A stretch of 64,000 nt of DNA from an uncultured Acidobacteriaceae bacterium (GCA_963711275.1 CAVQDN010000022.1:1301-65300); one strand, 5' to 3'. Positions 21,747 to 31,096 are shown, counted from the first letter of the stretch. Notes: generated from the letters alone by a model not told the origin. Made by a program: numbers and translations.

Positions 21747-22806
21747 ATGTTAGTCGTCATGCAGGCGCAGGCCACGGAAGAGCAGGTGCGCGCCGTTTGC
21801 CAGAAAATTGAGAAGCTGGGATATCGCGCGCACTCCATGCCGGGCGCGCAGCGCACCGCCATCGGCATCACCGGCAACAAGGGCGAAGTCGAGCAGGGCA
21901 CGCTGGAAGAGATGCCGGGCGTGCAGGAAGTCATCAAGGTCTCGAAGCCCTACAAACTGGTCAGCCGCGACGTCAAGCAGGACAACACGGTCATTCGTTT
22001 TCCCGGAACCGCTGCCACTATAGGCGGTCCGGGACTGGCGATTGTCGCGGGGCCGTGCGCCATCGAAACTCGCGAGCAGGCATTCACCGTGGCCGAGCGC
22101 GTGGCTCGTGCAGGCGCGCAGTTCTTCCGCGGCGGCGCCTACAAGCCGCGCACTTCTCCCTACTCTTTTCAAGGATTGGAAGAGGAAGGCCTGCGCATCA
22201 TGGCGGAAATCCGCCAGCAGTTTGGCATGAAGATCATCACCGAGGCCATCGACCACGAGTCGCTCGACCTGGTGGAAGAGTATGCCGACGTGATCCAGAT
22301 CGGCGCCCGCAACATGCAGAATTTTTCTCTGCTGAAGCGTGCCGGCCGCGCCCGCAAGCCGGTGCTGCTGAAGCGCGGCATGTCGGCCACGCTGGAAGAA
22401 TTCCTGATGGCGGCCGAATACATTCTGAGCGAAGGCAATTACAACGTGGCGCTTGTGCGAACGCGGCGTCCGCACCTTCGCCGACCACACCCGCAACACG
22501 CTCGACCTGAGCCTGGTGCCCGCGGTGCAGCGCCTCAGCCATCTGCCGATTCTGGTCGATCCCAGCCACGGCACCGGCAAGCGCAACAAAGTCACTCCGC
22601 TGTCGCGCGCAGCGGTGGCTGTCGGCGCCGATGGATTGATGGTAGAAGTACATCACAAACCGGATGAAGCGCTCTCCGACGGCCCGCAGTCGCTGTTCCC
22701 CGATCAGTTCGATGAACTGATGCAGCAGGTGCGCCAGATCGCGGCGGTGGTGGGAAGAACCGTGCCCGCGATTGGCTTGCGGGAGCAGGTGGGCGTCAGC
22801 AAGTAG
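21747..22806 (+). pseudogene. aroF: 3-deoxy-7-phosphoheptulonate synthase (type I-beta with N-terminal regulatory domain), one frameshift
   Basis: [44 protein letters not shown], then after a shift near 22452 CERGVRTF...[12 protein letters not shown]...[21 protein letters not shown]. Confidence 0.8.
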
Positions 22807-22879
22807 GTAGACGACTCGATTCTGGAGAACTCGTGAATAACACCAAGCTAGTCCTGGCGGCGAGCGCCGTGTCCAACGT

Positions 22880-23329
22880 GTGCCGCACAACGAACAACAA
22901 ACACACCCGACGAACAGGCCCACAGACACCCGAAGGAATCCCGAACACAACGGGCTGATCTCCAAGCATGCGTTTCTGCTTTGGGGGAGTGCGCTGCTGG
23001 CGCAAGATCCGCCGCAGGAATCGCAGACCATCGTTTACGACCTTGACCACGTAAGACCGGATGTAACAGCTCCCAAAGCTGTCTACACGCCCAACCCCGA
23101 ATACACTGATCGAGCACGCAGGCAGAAAATCCGCGGCTCGGTTGCGCTTTCGATCGTCATCACAGATAAGGGTGTGGTCCGCGACGCCAAGGTGGTCACA
23201 GGCTTGGACAAAGATCTCGACAAGCAGGCATTGAAAGCCGTCGCCTCCTGGCGATTTGAACCCGCCACCAAAGATGGAAAGCCGGTCGCGGTGCGCGTAA
23301 AGGTCGAGGCCGACTTCAAACTGTATTAA
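22880..23329 (+). CDS. TonB C-terminal domain protein
   Basis: PVYTPNPEYTDRARRQKIRGSVALSIVITDKGVVRDAKVV.GLD..LD.QALKAV..WRFEPATKDGKPV. The start codon is uncertain. Confidence 0.65.
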   Translation: MPHNEQQTHPTNRPTDTRRNPEHNGLISKHAFLLWGSALLAQDPPQESQTIVYDLDHVRPDVTAPKAVYTPNPEYTDRARRQKIRGSVALSIVITDKGVVRDAKVVTGLDKDLDKQALKAVASWRFEPATKDGKPVAVRVKVEADFKLY

Positions 23330-23403
23330 GAAATTCACGATGCCGTCGAAGTTCGACGAGCAAATTCCTGGATCTGTTACATATAATCTGATAATCTGAT
23401 TTT

Positions 23404-23676
23404 ATGAAAAAGCAGGTTATCTCGGTCACCGAGGCCGCGCGCAACTTCGCCGAGTGTGTAAATCGTGTGCGTTATCAAAACATGAGTTTCGTGCTGCTCA
23501 AGAACGGCACACCGGTGGCACGCCTTGTTCCAGAGGGTAAGAAGGGCTGTACGGGCCCGGAATTGGCAGAGGCGCTGAGGAAGGTGGACCTGTCGCAAAG
23601 CGATGCCAGGGCATGGCACCGGGACTTGGTGGCGGCACGCAAGGCTTTGAAACCTCCTAAAAATCGATGGCGATAA
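23404..23676 (+). CDS. type II antitoxin (Phd/YefM-like)
   Basis: MKKQVISVTEAARNFAECVNRV..Q...FVLLKNGTPVARLVP. Overlaps the downstream PIN gene by 10 nt. Confidence 0.7.
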   Translation: MKKQVISVTEAARNFAECVNRVRYQNMSFVLLKNGTPVARLVPEGKKGCTGPELAEALRKVDLSQSDARAWHRDLVAARKALKPPKNRWR

Positions 23677-24080
23677 TCCTCGATGCGGATGTAATTATCA
23701 AAGGCGAGAAGGGAGCCTTCGACCTCATCGGATGGCTGGATTCTCAGACCGGCCAGGATTTGGAAATCGCCGCGATCACCGTCGCCGAACTGTGGCATGG
23801 AGTCGAACGAGCGACAGCCGCGCATCGAACAAAGCGCGAGCGTTACCTGCAGACGGTTCTCGATAGGCTGGACGTCATTGCTTACACTGAAACGACAGCT
23901 TTCGTTCATGCCAGGCTTTGGGCGGATCTTGAGTCTTCCGGCAAAATGATCGGGTCGCATGACCTGATCTTGGCTTCGATAGCTTTGGAACGCGGCAGCG
24001 TGGTGGCGACTTTGAACAAACGACACTTTGTCCTGGTTCCAGGTCTTAGAGTCATCGAGCCCAGGTACGAGCCAAAGTGA
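23667..24080 (+). CDS. vapC: type II toxin VapC, PIN domain
   Basis: MAIILDADVII...ITVAELWHGVERA...GSHDLILASIALERG..V.T.N.RHF. Confidence 0.8.
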   Translation: MAIILDADVIIKGEKGAFDLIGWLDSQTGQDLEIAAITVAELWHGVERATAAHRTKRERYLQTVLDRLDVIAYTETTAFVHARLWADLESSGKMIGSHDLILASIALERGSVVATLNKRHFVLVPGLRVIEPRYEPK

Positions 24081-25333
24081 GGCGCCGCAGAGCCGCCCTT
24101 CTGCTAATCTTTCTTCTTCCTGAGCAGACCGCTACCTTGCGAAAACTCCTCTTCATCGTTGTTCTGATTCCCATCCTGGCCGGGGCCGGCTGGTGGTATT
24201 TCCGCGAGCAATCGCTTCCCGACTATGGTCCCGCTTACCGCGAATACGCTTACGTCACCAATGGCAAGAGCAACACGGTCAGCGTAATTGACCTGCGCAC
24301 ATTCTCATTATTCAAGACTATTCCGGTGGGCAGCGAGCCCACGGGGATCGCGGCCAACAAGAAGAAAAATGAAATTTACGTGGTCAATGCGGGCTCCAGC
24401 AACGTCAGCGTGATCGACGCGGAGATGAACACGGTAGTGGCAACAATTGGCGTCCATGCCCGGCCGTACTTCATCGACGTGGCGGAGGACGGCAAGCGCG
24501 CCTATGTCGCCAACTCGGCCTCCTCCAACGTGAGCGTGATCGATCTGGAGACGCGGCTGGTGATCGGCAACGTGCGCGTCGGCGCGTCGCCGGGGCTGGC
24601 GCGGGTTTCGCCGGACGGTTCGACGGTCGTAGTCAGCAATCGCGGTGACAATACGGTCTCGGTAATTGACACGAAGTTCCTGCGCGTGCGCGCAACCCTG
24701 CCGGTCTGCCAGCAGCCAGAAGACATTGCGATCCTGCCCGACTCGAGCAAGGCATTCGTCGCCTGCTCCGGCTCGGCGCAGGTCGCCTCGATCGCTCTCC
24801 AGAGCGGCAATCAGAAAAACGCTAATCAGAAGAGCGACCGCCTGATGGCGCTGCTCGACGTAGGCCGCACCCCAGTCAGCCTCACGCTGAAGCCCGACGG
24901 CGGCGAGTTGGTGGTGTGCAATTTCGATTCCGACAGCATCTCGATGATCGAAACTGGAAACGACGAAGTGGGCAATAGCCTGGAGATTGGACAACATCCG
25001 TCCCGCGGCGTGGTCACGCTCGACAATTCACGGCTCTACGTCACCAACTTCGGTTCAAATAGCGTTGCAGTCTACGACATTGATATCGGACGTCGCATCG
25101 GCACGCCGCTGATGGTCGGAAGCCGTCCCGATGGCCTCGCGCTGACGCCGGATGAGAATTATCTTCTGGTGCTCGACACGCAGTCGGGTGACGTGACCGT
25201 GATTCAGAAACGAAGGCCACGGCGTACGTTGGAGACGTCGGAGTATTCGCTGCTGACGCTGATTCCAGTGGGCATGCAGCCCAACGCAATCGTGGTGAAA
25301 GCGTTCATCGCCAGCAAACCCGCGAAGAAGTGA
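24077..25333 (+). CDS. YVTN-family beta-propeller repeat protein, membrane-anchored
   Basis: N-terminal TM LLFIVVLIPILAGAGWWYF. Repeated units YVTNGKSNTVSVIDL, YVVNAGSSNVSVIDA, YVANSASSNVSVIDL, VVSNRGDNTVSVIDT, YVTNFGSNSVAVYDI. The start overlaps the vapC stop (GTGA). Confidence 0.75.
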   Translation: MRRRRAALLLIFLLPEQTATLRKLLFIVVLIPILAGAGWWYFREQSLPDYGPAYREYAYVTNGKSNTVSVIDLRTFSLFKTIPVGSEPTGIAANKKKNEIYVVNAGSSNVSVIDAEMNTVVATIGVHARPYFIDVAEDGKRAYVANSASSNVSVIDLETRLVIGNVRVGASPGLARVSPDGSTVVVSNRGDNTVSVIDTKFLRVRATLPVCQQPEDIAILPDSSKAFVACSGSAQVASIALQSGNQKNANQKSDRLMALLDVGRTPVSLTLKPDGGELVVCNFDSDSISMIETGNDEVGNSLEIGQHPSRGVVTLDNSRLYVTNFGSNSVAVYDIDIGRRIGTPLMVGSRPDGLALTPDENYLLVLDTQSGDVTVIQKRRPRRTLETSEYSLLTLIPVGMQPNAIVVKAFIASKPAKK

Positions 25334-25349
25334 GGGCTCGCCACAATGT

Positions 25350-25446
25350 TTTGTCATCCGAACTTTGTCATCCGAGCAAATACTTCGTTATTTCGAGCAT
25401 CCAAGCAAATACTTTGTCATTCCGAACAACGCGAGGAATCTGCTGC
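25350..25446. repeat. R2-related repeat cluster
   Basis: Iterated tgtcatccga / tgtcattccgaacaacgcgaggaatc units. Confidence 0.7.
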
Positions 25447-25512
25447 TTGCCGGTGCCGGCTGACACCAGATTCCTCGTCGCTTCGCTTCTCGGAATGGCA
25501 AGGAGAGCGGAG

Positions 25513-25950
25513 CTATACAGTCGCGGGCTTCCCGCATAACTTGTCGAATGCCGCCTTCAGGTCGGCGGCAATCGCCGGCGCTTCGCGTGATTCGATGTCG
25601 CGGCGCTGCATCATGTAGACGAGTTCCCCGTCGCGCAGAATCGCGATCGATGGCGAGGACGGCGGATATCCCGTGAAGTAGCTGCGCGCGCGGTCGGTGG
25701 CTTCCGTTTCTTGCCCGGCAAATACGGAGTAGGCGTGATCGGGCCGAATGGAATTCTGCAGCGCCATGCGCACGGCAGGACGCATGCGTCCGGCGGCGCA
25801 TCCGCAAATCGAGTTCACGACCACCATCGTCGTTCCGGGACGGTTCTTCAGCGCCCGGTCCACTTCCTCGGCGGTGCGCAGCTCTTCGATTCCCAAACGC
25901 GTCAACTCCTCACGCATGGGCACGACCATAATTTCGGGATACATCGGCAT
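25513..25950 (-). CDS. BrxA/BrxB-family bacilliredoxin (DUF1094)
   Basis: MPMYPEIMVVPMREELT..G..EL.T.EEVD......GTTMVVVNSICGCAAG..RP. The CGC redox motif is typical of the YphP/YqiW family. Confidence 0.8.
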   Translation of the reverse strand: MPMYPEIMVVPMREELTRLGIEELRTAEEVDRALKNRPGTTMVVVNSICGCAAGRMRPAVRMALQNSIRPDHAYSVFAGQETEATDRARSYFTGYPPSSPSIAILRDGELVYMMQRRDIESREAPAIAADLKAAFDKLCGKPATV

Positions 25951-26003
25951 AATAGATTATTCCTCTGATTGATCTCTGTGTCCCTATTGTACTCGCCATT
26001 TCC

Positions 26004-26090
26004 CTGTCATCTTGAGCGAAACTTTGGTCCTGTCATCTTGAGCGAAGTTGTCGTCCGCGAAGCGAACGGCAACGCAGTCGAAAGATCCCT
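26004..26090. repeat. R2 repeat (duplicated 5' box)
   Basis: ctgtcatcttgagcgaa...ctgtcatcttgagcgaagttgtcgtccgcgaagcgaacggcaacgcagtcgaaagatccct. Confidence 0.8.
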
Positions 26091-26188
26091 AACCGATTCA
26101 CGCACCGGCTGGCGTGTCAGGGCGGTTTCCTGAGCTCCGGCATCCTACCTGCGAGCGCGCGGCTGCATTCAGTCGCGGTGAAACTGCT

Positions 26189-26252
26189 AGGGATCCTTCG
26201 ACTGCGTGGCTGTTTCGCAATCGCGAAACAGTCACTTCGCTCAGGATGACGA
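26189..26252. repeat. R2 repeat, inverted orientation
   Basis: agggatccttcgactgcgtggctgtttcgcaatcgcgaaacagtcacttcgctcaggatgacga. Confidence 0.8.
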
Positions 26253-26305
26253 ATCAAGCCGATCCGCGAAAATACTGCCGCTGTGTATATTGAAACGGAC
26301 TCCAA

Positions 26306-27358
26306 ATGCTGCTCCAGGAAAATGTTTCGCTGGCTCCGCTGACCACCTTCCGCCTCGGAGGTCCCGCGCGTTTCTTCGTGGAAGCCAAATCGGTTGGAGA
26401 GGTGCAAGAGGCGATCGCATTCGCGCGGGCGAAGAATTTGCCACTCTTCATCCTCGGCGGCGGCAGCAATCTGCTCGTGGCCGATGCCGGCTGGCCCGGG
26501 CTGGTTGTGAAGGTCGCGATCCCCGGCATCGAGCCGCGCGCGAGCGAGGTCGATGGCAAAGCGCTGTTCGACGTGGGCGCCGGCGAATCCTGGGACCGCT
26601 TCGTTTCACATGCCGTTATTGCGCAGTGCGCGGGAGTCGAGTGCCTGAGCGGAATCCCGGGCAGCGTCGGTGGCACGCCCGTACAAAATGTCGGCGCCTA
26701 CGGACAGGAAGTTTCGGAGACCATCGAATCCGTCGAAGTGCTCGACTTAAAGGATAGCCAGGTGCGCGAGTTGTGCCGCGAGGCCTGCGGCTTCGCCTAT
26801 CGTTCAAGCATTTTCAATACGACAGAACGCGGGCGGTTCGTCATTCTGCGCGTCGCCTACGCCCTCACGCCCGGCGGCGAACCGCGCATCGCCTACACTG
26901 ACCTGAAACGGCACTTCGAAGGCCGTGAGACGCGGCCCAATCTCGCCGAGACTCGCGAGGCAGTACGCCACATTCGCGCACTGAAAGGCATGCTGATCGT
27001 CGATGGCGATCCCGATTCCCGGAGCGCGGGATCGTTTTTCAAGAATCCTGTCATCTCCCAGGAGCAGCACGAAGACTTGAGAAGCCGAGCTGCGGCGCGG
27101 GGATTGACCCTGCCCAGCTATCCCGCGCTGGAAGCCAGCAAGAAAGTTTCGGCGGCCTGGCTTGTCGAGCACTCGGGCTTCGCCCGCGGATACGGCTTTG
27201 GCCACGTCGGCATTTCGACCAAACATGCGCTGGCCCTCGTGAATCGCGGCGGCGCCTCTGCCGCCGAAGTCCTCGCCTTGAAAGATCAGATCCAGCAACG
27301 CGTCGAGCAAATCTGGGGCGTGCGCCTGGAGCCGGAACCGGTGATGGTCGGCTTCTAA
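26306..27358 (+). CDS. murB: UDP-N-acetylmuramate dehydrogenase
   Basis: LAPLTTFRLGGPARFF, ILGGGSNLLVAD, GIPGSVGGTPVQNVGAYG, AGSFFKNP. Confidence 0.9.
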   Translation: MLLQENVSLAPLTTFRLGGPARFFVEAKSVGEVQEAIAFARAKNLPLFILGGGSNLLVADAGWPGLVVKVAIPGIEPRASEVDGKALFDVGAGESWDRFVSHAVIAQCAGVECLSGIPGSVGGTPVQNVGAYGQEVSETIESVEVLDLKDSQVRELCREACGFAYRSSIFNTTERGRFVILRVAYALTPGGEPRIAYTDLKRHFEGRETRPNLAETREAVRHIRALKGMLIVDGDPDSRSAGSFFKNPVISQEQHEDLRSRAAARGLTLPSYPALEASKKVSAAWLVEHSGFARGYGFGHVGISTKHALALVNRGGASAAEVLALKDQIQQRVEQIWGVRLEPEPVMVGF

Positions 27359-27361
27359 GAG

Positions 27362-27439
27362 CAGTTCCCAGTTGTCAGTTGTCAGTTCTCAGTTCCCAGT
27401 TCTCAGTTCCCCAGTTCCCAGTCGTCAGTTGTCAGTTCC
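27362..27439 (+). repeat. period-7 microsatellite, 11 units of CAGTTSY
   Basis: cagttcc cagttgt cagttgt cagttct cagttcc cagttct ..., starting 4 nt after the murB stop. Confidence 0.9.
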
Positions 27440-27449
27440 ATCCTCAAAT

Positions 27450-27539
27450 TTGTCATTCCGAGCGAAGCGAGGAATCCGCTTTCTCTTGCTTGCGCCACAG
27501 CAGATGCCTCGCGCCAAAAACAAGGCGCTCGCAATGACA
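27450..27539. repeat. R2-related hairpin
   Basis: tgtcattccgagcgaagcgaggaatc ... caaggcgctcgcaatgaca. Confidence 0.7.
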
Positions 27540-27556
27540 GACTCTCTTTAAGTTCC

Positions 27557-27573
27557 GCAAGCAACGTCTCTAC
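27557..27573. repeat. R1 half copy
   Basis: gcaagcaacgtctctac. The left arm is degenerate. Confidence 0.6.
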
Positions 27574-27626
27574 GGACGTTCCCTCTCAAGAAATTCCTGA
27601 ACAAAATCTGGCTCGGGACGGTCTTC

Positions 27627-28262
27627 ATGAGTGAGGGCAGACACGTGGTGGCCGGAGAGGCGATCCTGAGCGGAGCGACACCGATCGAGCGCACCGACAA
27701 CGAGCGTTGTCAGGACGAGAAGCTGGAAGCGCTGGTCCGGGAGCATTCGCGGCTGGTCTATCGCATCGCTTATGCCGTGCTGCGCCGCCATCACGACGCC
27801 GAAGACGCCACGCAGGAAACGTTTATGCGAGTGCTGCGCTACAGTTCGAAGCTTGCGGCCGTGGAAAATCAGAAGACGTGGCTGGCGCGAATCGCCTGGC
27901 GCGTCGCCGTGGACCGGAGCATGCAGCTCGGGCGTACGCGGGAAATTCCTCTGGAAGATCCCGAAAAGCCGTTGCCGGAAGTCGCCTCTGCGGACGATCC
28001 GGCGGATGAGACTGTGCAGGGCGCGCAGGTCGGTAGCGCACTGGAACGGATGGTCGCTGCGCTCCCCGAAAAACTGCGCGAGCCGTTGATCTTGTCGACG
28101 ATTGAAGAAATGTCGCCTGGAGAAGTCGCCGAGACATTGGGCATCAACGAAGCGGCGGTGCGGTCGCGAGTCTTCCGGGCGCGGCAGATATTGCGGGAGA
28201 AGTTGGCGCGACTGATTGATAGAAAACAGATTGGCGGAAAACAGCTTGACAGAAACCGGTGA
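27627..28262 (+). CDS. ECF-type RNA polymerase sigma factor
   Basis: Region 2 (LVYRIAYAVLRRHHDAEDATQETFMRV) and region 4 (LPEKLREPLILSTIEEMSPGEVAETLGINEAAVRSRVFRAR). Confidence 0.85.
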   Translation: MSEGRHVVAGEAILSGATPIERTDNERCQDEKLEALVREHSRLVYRIAYAVLRRHHDAEDATQETFMRVLRYSSKLAAVENQKTWLARIAWRVAVDRSMQLGRTREIPLEDPEKPLPEVASADDPADETVQGAQVGSALERMVAALPEKLREPLILSTIEEMSPGEVAETLGINEAAVRSRVFRARQILREKLARLIDRKQIGGKQLDRNR

Positions 28263-28267
28263 CAACC

Positions 28268-28861
28268 ATGGCGGACATGAAGCAGGACGAACTAGATCGC
28301 ATACTCGATGCCGCGCTGGCGAAGTACGCGGCGGTCGAGCCGAGGCAAGGCCTCGACCAGCGGGTGCTGGCGAACTTGCATGCCGAGCGGGCGCGGGTCG
28401 CAAATCGCGCGTGGTGGCGCTGGAGCGTGGCGGCCTTGGCGGCGGCAATTGTCATCGTGGCAATAACCTTCGCGTGGAGATCAGGCGAGCGGCCTCATCC
28501 ACTGGTGGCGGATCATCTTCCAATCCGGACGCCGCGCATGGAGCAGCCTGGACCGCGGGCCGCGGCGAAGACAGGAGCAAACAACGTTCATCCACAAGCG
28601 TCCAGTCTGGCGATACGGCAAGCCACACATCGTGCTGGTCACAAGGTCGTCGAGCCCGCCGGTCCCAAGCTGGATCAGTTTCCGTCGGCGCAGCCGCTGA
28701 ACGCGCAGGAACGGGCCTTGGCAAGATATGTCAGCGAGTTTCCGCAGGAGGCCACGCTGGTGGCACGAGCGCAGGAGGAATATGAGAAAGAGATACAGCA
28801 AAGGATGAAAGACGCCCATTCTGAGACCGAGTTTTCCAATTCAGACCAACAAGAAAGATGA
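28268..28861 (+). CDS. putative anti-sigma factor, single-pass membrane protein
   Basis: Follows the sigma stop within a few nt (GTG 28259 or ATG 28268). Cytoplasmic N-terminus, then TM WWRWSVAALAAAIVIVAITFAW. Assignment is from position and topology only. Confidence 0.55.
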   Translation: MADMKQDELDRILDAALAKYAAVEPRQGLDQRVLANLHAERARVANRAWWRWSVAALAAAIVIVAITFAWRSGERPHPLVADHLPIRTPRMEQPGPRAAAKTGANNVHPQASSLAIRQATHRAGHKVVEPAGPKLDQFPSAQPLNAQERALARYVSEFPQEATLVARAQEEYEKEIQQRMKDAHSETEFSNSDQQER

Positions 28862-29448
28862 GGCAGTTATCAATGCGAAAAACTCTTGTAGTGTTGCTTG
28901 TGGCATTGACGGTAGGGCTCTGGTTCGTACCAAGTCCCGCAGAAGCCCAGGAGGGGTCCAAAGAAAGCAGCCCGGCAGAGCCCCCAAAACCAAAACCAGT
29001 GCAACCTTTGCAGTCCTACCGTCTCGATTTTTCCTTCAATGAGGTAGCTGACGGAAAGACGGTGAACACCAGGCACTATTCCATGAACCTGACTGCCGGT
29101 AACTCAGACGAGATAAAAATCGGGACGCGGGTTCCGGTTGCAAGCGGCTCAGGCTCGACCACGTCGATGCCCACTCAGTACCAGTACCTGGACGTCGGAA
29201 CCCAAATCTGGTCACAATTGCGAGAACACGGCGATGAGTTGATCCTGGTGGTCAGGGGCGAGGTCAGCAACCTGGATGTGGAAACCGGGGAGCACTCCGG
29301 GGCGTTCTTGCCACCCGTAGTTCGGCAAATCAAGATCAATGGTGACACTTTGCTGGTGGTCGGGAAACCGATCCTGATCGGCAGCGTGGACGATCCCAAC
29401 TCGAAACGGCAGTTTCAGCTTGAAGTGACGGTGACGAAACTCAAATAG
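28858..29448 (+). CDS. secreted protein, function unknown, third gene of the ECF module
   Basis: ATGA overlap with the upstream stop. Signal LVVLLVALTVGLWFVPSPAEA. Beta-rich mature part. Confidence 0.5.
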   Translation: MRQLSMRKTLVVLLVALTVGLWFVPSPAEAQEGSKESSPAEPPKPKPVQPLQSYRLDFSFNEVADGKTVNTRHYSMNLTAGNSDEIKIGTRVPVASGSGSTTSMPTQYQYLDVGTQIWSQLREHGDELILVVRGEVSNLDVETGEHSGAFLPPVVRQIKINGDTLLVVGKPILIGSVDDPNSKRQFQLEVTVTKLK

Positions 29449-29467
29449 TTTGGGCGGACCGGAAAGG

Positions 29468-29568
29468 CAATTGTTGATTGTTGATTTTTGATTGCTGATT
29501 GAAAAGCGTAAGCACTTCGGAAAGGGTTGCTGTTCAATCAACAATCAAGAATCAACAATCAACAATTC
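29468..29568. repeat. 101-nt hairpin built from TTGATTG heptamers
   Basis: The 36-nt arms caattgttgattgttgatttttgattgctgattgaa and ttcaatcaacaatcaagaatcaacaatcaacaattc have 3 mismatches and a 29-nt loop. Lies between convergent genes. Confidence 0.9.
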
Positions 29569-29569
29569 T

Positions 29570-30253
29570 TCACTGATCGGCAAATCTTGCCGCCTCTTGA
29601 AAGACTTCCACAAACATTTTGCGGGTGAGCTTGCCAGTCTGCGTGTTCTGATTGGACGGATGATAGGAGGCGAGCAGCACCTTGCCGTCGGGCATGCGGT
29701 AGCTGGCGGCATGCTTGAACAGATAGCTCTTCTTGCTGTCGATTACACCCCGCCGCTTCAGGTAGTTGAGGTAAGCCTCGAAGCCGATCTTGCCCAGAGC
29801 GACGACCACCTTGGCGTTTTTTAATCCCGCCAGCTCGCGATCGAGAAACGACGCGCACGCGGTCAGTTCCTCCGGCAGCGGCTTGTTGTCCGGCGGAGCG
29901 CAGCGGACCGCGGCCGTAATATAAAGATCCGTTAAGGTCATCCCGTCGTTGCGGTCGACGGCCGTGGGCTGGCTGGCAAATCCCGTCTCGTACAAAACGG
30001 GATACATGAACTTCCCGGAAGCGTCCCCGGTAAACGGCCGTCCAGTGCGGTTCGAGCCGTGCGCGCCCGGAGCTAAACCAATGACGAGCAGGCGAGCCTG
30101 AGGATCGCCGAAGCCAGCCACGGGCTTGCCCCAATATTCCCAACCAAGATAGGCGCGCCGCTTGACGCGCGCGACTTCCTCGCGATAGGCGACTAGCCGC
30201 GGGCAGCGAGTGCAGGAAACGACTTCGCGGTTGAGGATGGTAAGCCAGGACAC
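29570..30253 (-). CDS. uracil-DNA glycosylase, family 5 (UDGb)-like
   Basis: CTRCPRL Fe-S Cys motif. GLAPGAHGSNRTGRPFTGD matches my recollection of the family 5 motif GLAPAAHGxNRTGR. HPSNQNT near the C-terminus. Confidence 0.75.
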   Translation of the reverse strand: MSWLTILNREVVSCTRCPRLVAYREEVARVKRRAYLGWEYWGKPVAGFGDPQARLLVIGLAPGAHGSNRTGRPFTGDASGKFMYPVLYETGFASQPTAVDRNDGMTLTDLYITAAVRCAPPDNKPLPEELTACASFLDRELAGLKNAKVVVALGKIGFEAYLNYLKRRGVIDSKKSYLFKHAASYRMPDGKVLLASYHPSNQNTQTGKLTRKMFVEVFQEAARFADQ

Positions 30254-30282
30254 CCAATCATTACATCACATCGCATCCCATC

Positions 30283-30308
30283 GTAGAGACGTAGCTCGCT
30301 ACGTCTTT
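30283..30308. repeat. R1 palindromic repeat
   Basis: gtagagacgtagctcgctacgtctttgc. Confidence 0.85.
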
Positions 30309-30317
30309 GCCGACACC

Positions 30318-30390
30318 ATCGCGACGTCCTGGATAGCGCTCATTGACTAGCGCTCAAAACGTGTAATCGCCTGATTTGGACAGTTAACTT
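30318..30390 (+). repeat. X-box repeat (5' box ..ATCGC..GCGCTCATTGAC, 3' box AATCGCCTG.TT..ACAGTTAAC)
   Basis: atcgcgacgtcctggatagcgctcattgac...gtaatcgcctgatttggacagttaactt. Confidence 0.55.
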
Positions 30391-30526
30391 CGAGTAGGTC
30401 AAAAAAAGGATTCGAATTTGCCACAACCTGGTTTTGGGGAGTTAGCTGGGCACTCGTCCGGTTAGCGCGTGAACCAAGGGCACCGACCCGTCAAGGGTCC
30501 GCCGCCGCCTACTGGCTTGTTTTTGC

Positions 30527-31096
30527 CTAACTGTGCAATTTGGATTCAAGCTCCTTTTGTCGTATCTCTAGAACGCCCCGCTTCCTCACTTGATCCTCAA
30601 TTTCCTTTCGGAGGAACGTGACGCTATTCCGAAGAGTATCGGACGTCTCCGGCCTGCTGGACACCGCGGCTGTTCTGAGCTTTACTTCGCCTCCTTCCAG
30701 CTTCTGTGTCAGCAAGGGGACCGCCCAATTCACGAATGCTAGCTCCGACTGAATCCTCTTTAGTTCTTCGTTGTCGGCGCGCCTCTGCGCTCTGGTTATC
30801 TCCTGTTTTGTTTGATTCAAGGATCGATATTGAATCCAGTTGCCGAACAGTGAACCGACCAGAACCGCAACTGCTGCTAGAACGAGCTGACCTCTCCATT
30901 TCGAGTTTGACATCATGTTTTTGCCTCCTCGGCTGTGATCAACAATTGCAATCAGCACCTGCCTCCAATACCAAGATTCGGAACGTCCTCTCCGATATTC
31001 CTCGATAAGATCGCCCGCCAGCGCATCCCTGTTCTGCTCCGAAGCAAACTGCAGCAACAGCCAAGTTGCAACAGCTGGCGGCTGGGACGACTTCAT
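30527..31096 (-). CDS. PadR-associated membrane protein (permease-prefix-like N-terminus, TM, coiled coil)
   Basis: MKSSQPPAVATWLLLQFA...EALAGDLIEEYRRGRSESWYWRQVL, then TM LVLAAVAVLVGSLFG and a heptad-rich tail. ATGA overlap with the padR stop. Confidence 0.55.
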   Translation of the reverse strand: MKSSQPPAVATWLLLQFASEQNRDALAGDLIEEYRRGRSESWYWRQVLIAIVDHSRGGKNMMSNSKWRGQLVLAAVAVLVGSLFGNWIQYRSLNQTKQEITRAQRRADNEELKRIQSELAFVNWAVPLLTQKLEGGEVKLRTAAVSSRPETSDTLRNSVTFLRKEIEDQVRKRGVLEIRQKELESKLHS

